A stretch of 37,894 bases of DNA from a virus (Duplodnaviria > Caudoviricetes), in IMG/VR virus record IMGVR_UViG_3300043783_000092, positions 1-37,894 of that record, one strand, 5' to 3'. Positions 34,162-37,894 of this stretch are shown in pieces; the stretch's first letter is position 1, and the number at the start of each line of letters is the position of its first letter. The position numbers and the translations under genes were made by a program. The notes beneath the pieces are model-generated. The model was not told where the DNA came from. It did not search any database and worked only from the letters and a program-made list of their open reading frames with translations.

Positions 34162-35647
34162 TAAGGTTCGTAAGCCCCACAAGTACCAGGAGCGAGCTGT
34201 GGATTGGCTGCTGAGCCACGGCTCTGCTGGCATCTTCGCCGCTCCCGGCGCGGGCAAGACTGCTGTCACGCTGCGGGCGCTGCTGGCGTTGAAGGACGCG
34301 GGTGTGCTGAAGCGCGCGCTGGTGATAGGGACATTGCGTGTTTCGAGAAAAGTGTGGCCCCACGAGGCTGAGGAGTGGCGCGGTAGCAAGTGGGATCGTA
34401 TCCGCGAACTCAAGATCGTCCTGCTTCACGGCCCTAAAAAAGACTGGGCGCTTACTCAGGATGCGGACGTGTACGTTATCAACAAAGACGGCCTGCGCTG
34501 GCTGTTTGCTGACGCCCTGGCCGCCGCTGACGCCCGTGTGCAGGCTGCCAAGGCCAAAGGTGTTCACGCTCCGTGGAAGCTGCAGGCGAAAGACTTTGTC
34601 CGCTTCAACGCGCTGGACATTGACACGCTGGTGGTGGACGAAAGCACTATGTTGAAAAATCGTGCTACCAAACGGTTTCAGATGTTGAAACCACTGCTCC
34701 CCTCCATTGCTCGCCGCTGGATTTTAACGGGCAAACCTATGCCGCGATCGTACGAGGATTTGTTTGGGCAAATATTTTTCGTGGATCTGGGCCGCGCGCT
34801 GGGGCAGTATGTGACGCACTTCCGAATGAAGTATTTCACGCCACTCGATCGCAATGGATGGCTCTGGGCGCTGCGTCCAGGGGCGGACAAGCAGATCCAG
34901 GACGCCATTGCTCCCTACATCTTTCAGCTGGAGCCGGGGGACTACAAGGAAATTCCCATCATCGAAAATGTTATCCGCATCGACCTGCCTGACAAGGTCA
35001 GAAAGATTTACGACGAGCTGGAGGACGATCTTATTACACAGATTGACAGCCGCGTCATCACTGCCGCGTCGGCGGGCGTAGCTGCGGGCAAGTGCGCGCA
35101 GGTGGCCAACGGCGGGCTGTACCATGAAAGATCTCCCGAGGACTGGAAGCGCCGCACCTGGACAGACTTGCACGAGGAAAAAATTGAAGCCGTACTGGAG
35201 CTGATCGAGGAACTGCAGGGCAGCCCGTGCCTTGTGGTGTACGAATTCCGCCATGATCTCGAGCGCCTGCGCAAGGCTCTGGGCAACCCCCCGTGGATCG
35301 GTGGTGACGCCAAAGGGGTGGACGAAACCATCGACGCCTGGAACCGTGACGAGCTGCCGGTGGTGCTGGTGAACGCGCAGAGCATGGCCCACGGGCTGAA
35401 TTTGCAATACGGCACGGCCCGCAACGTGATATGGCACTCCATCACGTACGATCTCGAGCTTTATGATCAGCTCAACCGCCGTCTGGCCCGGCAGGGTTCG
35501 CAGCATGCTTCCGTGTTCTCGCACTTTATCGTGGCCAATCACACCGTGGACGAGGTCAAGGTGCGGGCACTGCACCGCAAGAACAAGACCCAGAATGCGT
35601 TCCTGGAAGCCTTGCGTGAGTATGCCCGTAACCGGCGAGTTACGTAA
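34097..35647 (+). CDS. SNF2-family helicase
   Basis: HKYQ, APGAGKT, VVDEST, LTGKP, HGLNLQ, QLNRRLARQG. Confidence 0.92.
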   Translation: MTSVGQTRRTKPSAGLNSVAPNKVRKPHKYQERAVDWLLSHGSAGIFAAPGAGKTAVTLRALLALKDAGVLKRALVIGTLRVSRKVWPHEAEEWRGSKWDRIRELKIVLLHGPKKDWALTQDADVYVINKDGLRWLFADALAAADARVQAAKAKGVHAPWKLQAKDFVRFNALDIDTLVVDESTMLKNRATKRFQMLKPLLPSIARRWILTGKPMPRSYEDLFGQIFFVDLGRALGQYVTHFRMKYFTPLDRNGWLWALRPGADKQIQDAIAPYIFQLEPGDYKEIPIIENVIRIDLPDKVRKIYDELEDDLITQIDSRVITAASAGVAAGKCAQVANGGLYHERSPEDWKRRTWTDLHEEKIEAVLELIEELQGSPCLVVYEFRHDLERLRKALGNPPWIGGDAKGVDETIDAWNRDELPVVLVNAQSMAHGLNLQYGTARNVIWHSITYDLELYDQLNRRLARQGSQHASVFSHFIVANHTVDEVKVRALHRKNKTQNAFLEALREYARNRRVT

Positions 35648-35673
35648 GTCATACAAAAGAAAGGAAATATAGT

Positions 35674-35703
35674 TTCACGATTTCCCTTGGCTTCGGGTAT
35701 AAT
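35674..35703 (+). promoter_or_regulatory. sigma70-like promoter
   Basis: TTCACG-18 nt-TATAAT with A-rich upstream sequence; GAGGA RBS before 35740. Confidence 0.6.
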
Positions 35704-35739
35704 ATTAGGGAAGTTGATTCCACTGCGAGGACAAAACGA

Positions 35740-36684
35740 ATGACAGACGAACGCACCACAAGCCTGATCGAAAAAATCAAAAAGCTGTTTGCCATGGGTC
35801 AGCGTACCCGCAACAACGATGGCTCCACCAACGAAGCCGAAGCCGCCGCCGCCATGGCGATGGCACAACAGCTGCTCACCAAGTACAACCTCGACATTCA
35901 CACCGTGATGGACAAGGCCGACACCAAGGCCGCAGCCCCCGGTGCCGGGCCACGAGAAAAACAGCAGGTAAAACGTTCGGCCATGTACCGCTGGCAGCGT
36001 GATTTCTGGCGCGATCTGGCCGAAGCCAATTTCTGCTTTCACTGGATCGTGGACACGCGCGAAGAACGTTATGGGCGCACCGTGCGCTGCAAGCGGCACG
36101 TCATCCTGGGTTCACAGGTGAACGTGGCGGTGGTGATGGCAATGGGCGACTACCTTACGGAAGTCATGGAGCGCCTGTTGCCTTACGAAAACAAGGACGC
36201 CCTAAGCCGGTCGGCTATTTCCTGGCGCGAGGGTTGCGCGGTGCGGCTGATTGAACGGGTGCAGGAGCGGCTGCGCAGGATGAAAGCCGAAGGCGTTGCG
36301 GGCGACGGTGGCTGCACGGCGCTGGCGGTGCAGGACGTTCACGAGAAAGAATACGCTGCCAACTACGATGCCAATTACGGGGTCGGGGCCTACGCGCGGA
36401 TGAAGCAACGGCATGCGGAGTGGGACAAGCAGGCAGCTGAGCGCATCAAGCAGCAGAAAGAAGAGCGCGCCCGCACGCTGGCCGGGGAAACACCCACCCA
36501 GCGCGCAACACGGGAGCACGACGAAGCGCGTGCCGCCGCCAAGCAGCAGGCCGCAGATGCACGGGCCTGGGAACGTTACCAGCGCCAGCAGCAACGGGAA
36601 TACGCCCGCCGCGATCTGGCCGCCTACGCACGCGGCAGCCGGGCCGCCAACGACGTCAATCTGGACGATCAGGTGAAGCAATGA
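35740..36684 (+). CDS. DUF2786 domain protein
   Basis: LIEKIKKLFAM...NEAEAAAAMAMAQQLLTKYNL; SWREGCA. Confidence 0.82.
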   Translation: MTDERTTSLIEKIKKLFAMGQRTRNNDGSTNEAEAAAAMAMAQQLLTKYNLDIHTVMDKADTKAAAPGAGPREKQQVKRSAMYRWQRDFWRDLAEANFCFHWIVDTREERYGRTVRCKRHVILGSQVNVAVVMAMGDYLTEVMERLLPYENKDALSRSAISWREGCAVRLIERVQERLRRMKAEGVAGDGGCTALAVQDVHEKEYAANYDANYGVGAYARMKQRHAEWDKQAAERIKQQKEERARTLAGETPTQRATREHDEARAAAKQQAADARAWERYQRQQQREYARRDLAAYARGSRAANDVNLDDQVKQ

Positions 36685-37019
36685 CAACTCCTCGAGAGTA
36701 CGCCATCGCCCTGCAATATGTTCAGGCTAACTACCGTGATCTTTATCCGCTGGCCGCAGCCATCGTGCTGGCTCCCGTTCGCATGTTCCCGCTGGGCCAG
36801 GAAGGTCAGTGTAGCCACGACAACTTCATCACCATCGCGGACAACCTGCGCACCACCGGGGACTACGTCAACGTGCTGGTGCACGAGCTGACACACGCGA
36901 AACAAAACGCCACCCGGTCAACTAAAAACTCTCAGCAGCGCGAGGAAGAGGCCTACGAGGCCGGGAATCTGGCCGCGCTGCACTACCTTTCCAAAGCAGC
37001 ACCGTGGGTGAAACAATGA
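36681..37019 (+). CDS. Zincin-like metallopeptidase domain protein
   Basis: VLVHELTHAKQ...REEEAY. Confidence 0.7.
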   Translation: MTTPREYAIALQYVQANYRDLYPLAAAIVLAPVRMFPLGQEGQCSHDNFITIADNLRTTGDYVNVLVHELTHAKQNATRSTKNSQQREEEAYEAGNLAALHYLSKAAPWVKQ

Positions 37020-37853
37020 CAAAATCCAAAGCCAAAGAAATCGCAGCCCTGAAAAAGAAGATCGCCGCCGTGGAGGCCAAGCAGGCAAAAAAGAAAGTCA
37101 TGCCAGTGGACGCCGCTGGCAATCCTCCGTCGGACGCTGCACTGCGCCGGATGGAGAAGGCCAAAGCAAAGCCCGTGGACACCACCAATCTCACCCCCCG
37201 CATCGAGGCCGGGTACTTCCTGCAGGGGCCGGTGCGCTTTGCAGTGGACACCGACAACCTTGACCGCACCATTTCCTGCGGGCCTTTTGGGCCGGGGCAA
37301 ACACACGAGAAAGACGGGGTGTTGCTCAACTTGGGCGAAGCGGAACTCACGCGCTGGGGCCAGATGAACCAGTTCACCACCAAGCCGTTCGTGCGTGAGC
37401 TGCTTTGCGAAGTGCTGCGGGGCATTTTACAGGACGCGTGGTTTGCTGCCTGCTACGACGTGGTCAAAACGCCGGGACTGCTGGACAATCCGGCCCGCCG
37501 CGCGGCCAATCACGCGGTGCGGGTGGCGAAGTATGAGGAGCGCCTAAAGGCCGCAGCGCAAGAGTCCGTAAAGCGCGTGGAGAAGATGAAAGCGTCTGGC
37601 ACGCTAGCACGTGTTCGTCAAGCAGCCGGAGCGGGCGTGGCGTGCCACGGCCAAACTGACAAAGAAGATCGTGGAAGCCGTCAAGGGTCAGCAGGCCCCC
37701 ATCCTGGCGTGGCTGTTCCAAACAAAGCAGGGCGGAACAAAGACCGAGATTGCCGCCGCTGTGGGTAGCAAGCTGGCCACCAAACAAGGCCCGGAGAAGG
37801 TGGTGGGTCACTACCTGCCCCAGTGGGCCAAAGCGGGGTGGATCGAGCAATAA
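37016..37853 (+). CDS. Hypothetical protein, probably frameshifted near 37610 into a C-terminal winged-helix-like segment
   Basis: The frame of 37016 loses plausible coding character after GTLAR; the +1 frame (37611-37853) looks like coding sequence but has no RBS. Confidence 0.5.
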
Positions 37854-37894
37854 GGGGGCCTGTAACTCGTTGATTACAAAGGGAATATAAGCCT

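Noticed and set aside
34724-35656. 310-aa minus-strand ORF
   Set aside because: Antisense shadow of the SNF2 helicase.
37861-37878. Short inverted repeat TGTAA-N8-TTACA after the last gene
   Set aside because: Too short and too close to the window edge to call as a terminator or operator.
1-37894. Alternative genetic code, tRNAs, integrase, reverse transcriptase/DGR
   Set aside because: Core genes are intact in code 11; I recognised no cloverleaf, recombinase or RT motifs by eye.

Overview
The window is a 37.9-kb piece of a tailed dsDNA phage genome with two divergent arms and no integrase, lysis, tail or tRNA genes that I could recognise. The minus-strand arm (1-20263) is the packaging/head operon of the DUF1073-portal / DUF2213-protease / DUF2184-capsid / DUF4054 type. 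The plus-strand arm (20960-37853) is the early/replication arm: DUF3854-SF3 primase-helicase, family A DNA polymerase, Cas4-like PD-(D/E)XK nuclease, VRR-NUC, SNF2 helicase, dCTP deaminase and an adenine methyltransferase. Between the arms are mirror-image sigma70-like promoters and a CTAACGT-iteron, AT-rich origin candidate. Most notable: (1) the portal is fused in frame to a C-terminal R-S-ExE ADP-ribosyltransferase and followed by a tiny acidic candidate inhibitor; (2) a four-gene GT-B / SAM-methyltransferase / GT-D / GT-A cassette sits between terminase and portal; (3) a 908-aa Ser/Thr-rich, signal-peptide-bearing repeat protein and a papain-like protease are embedded among the neck genes; (4) an Asp-Ala motif recurs across several head proteins and may mark maturation cleavage sites. 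All family calls are by-eye motif recognition, not database searches.
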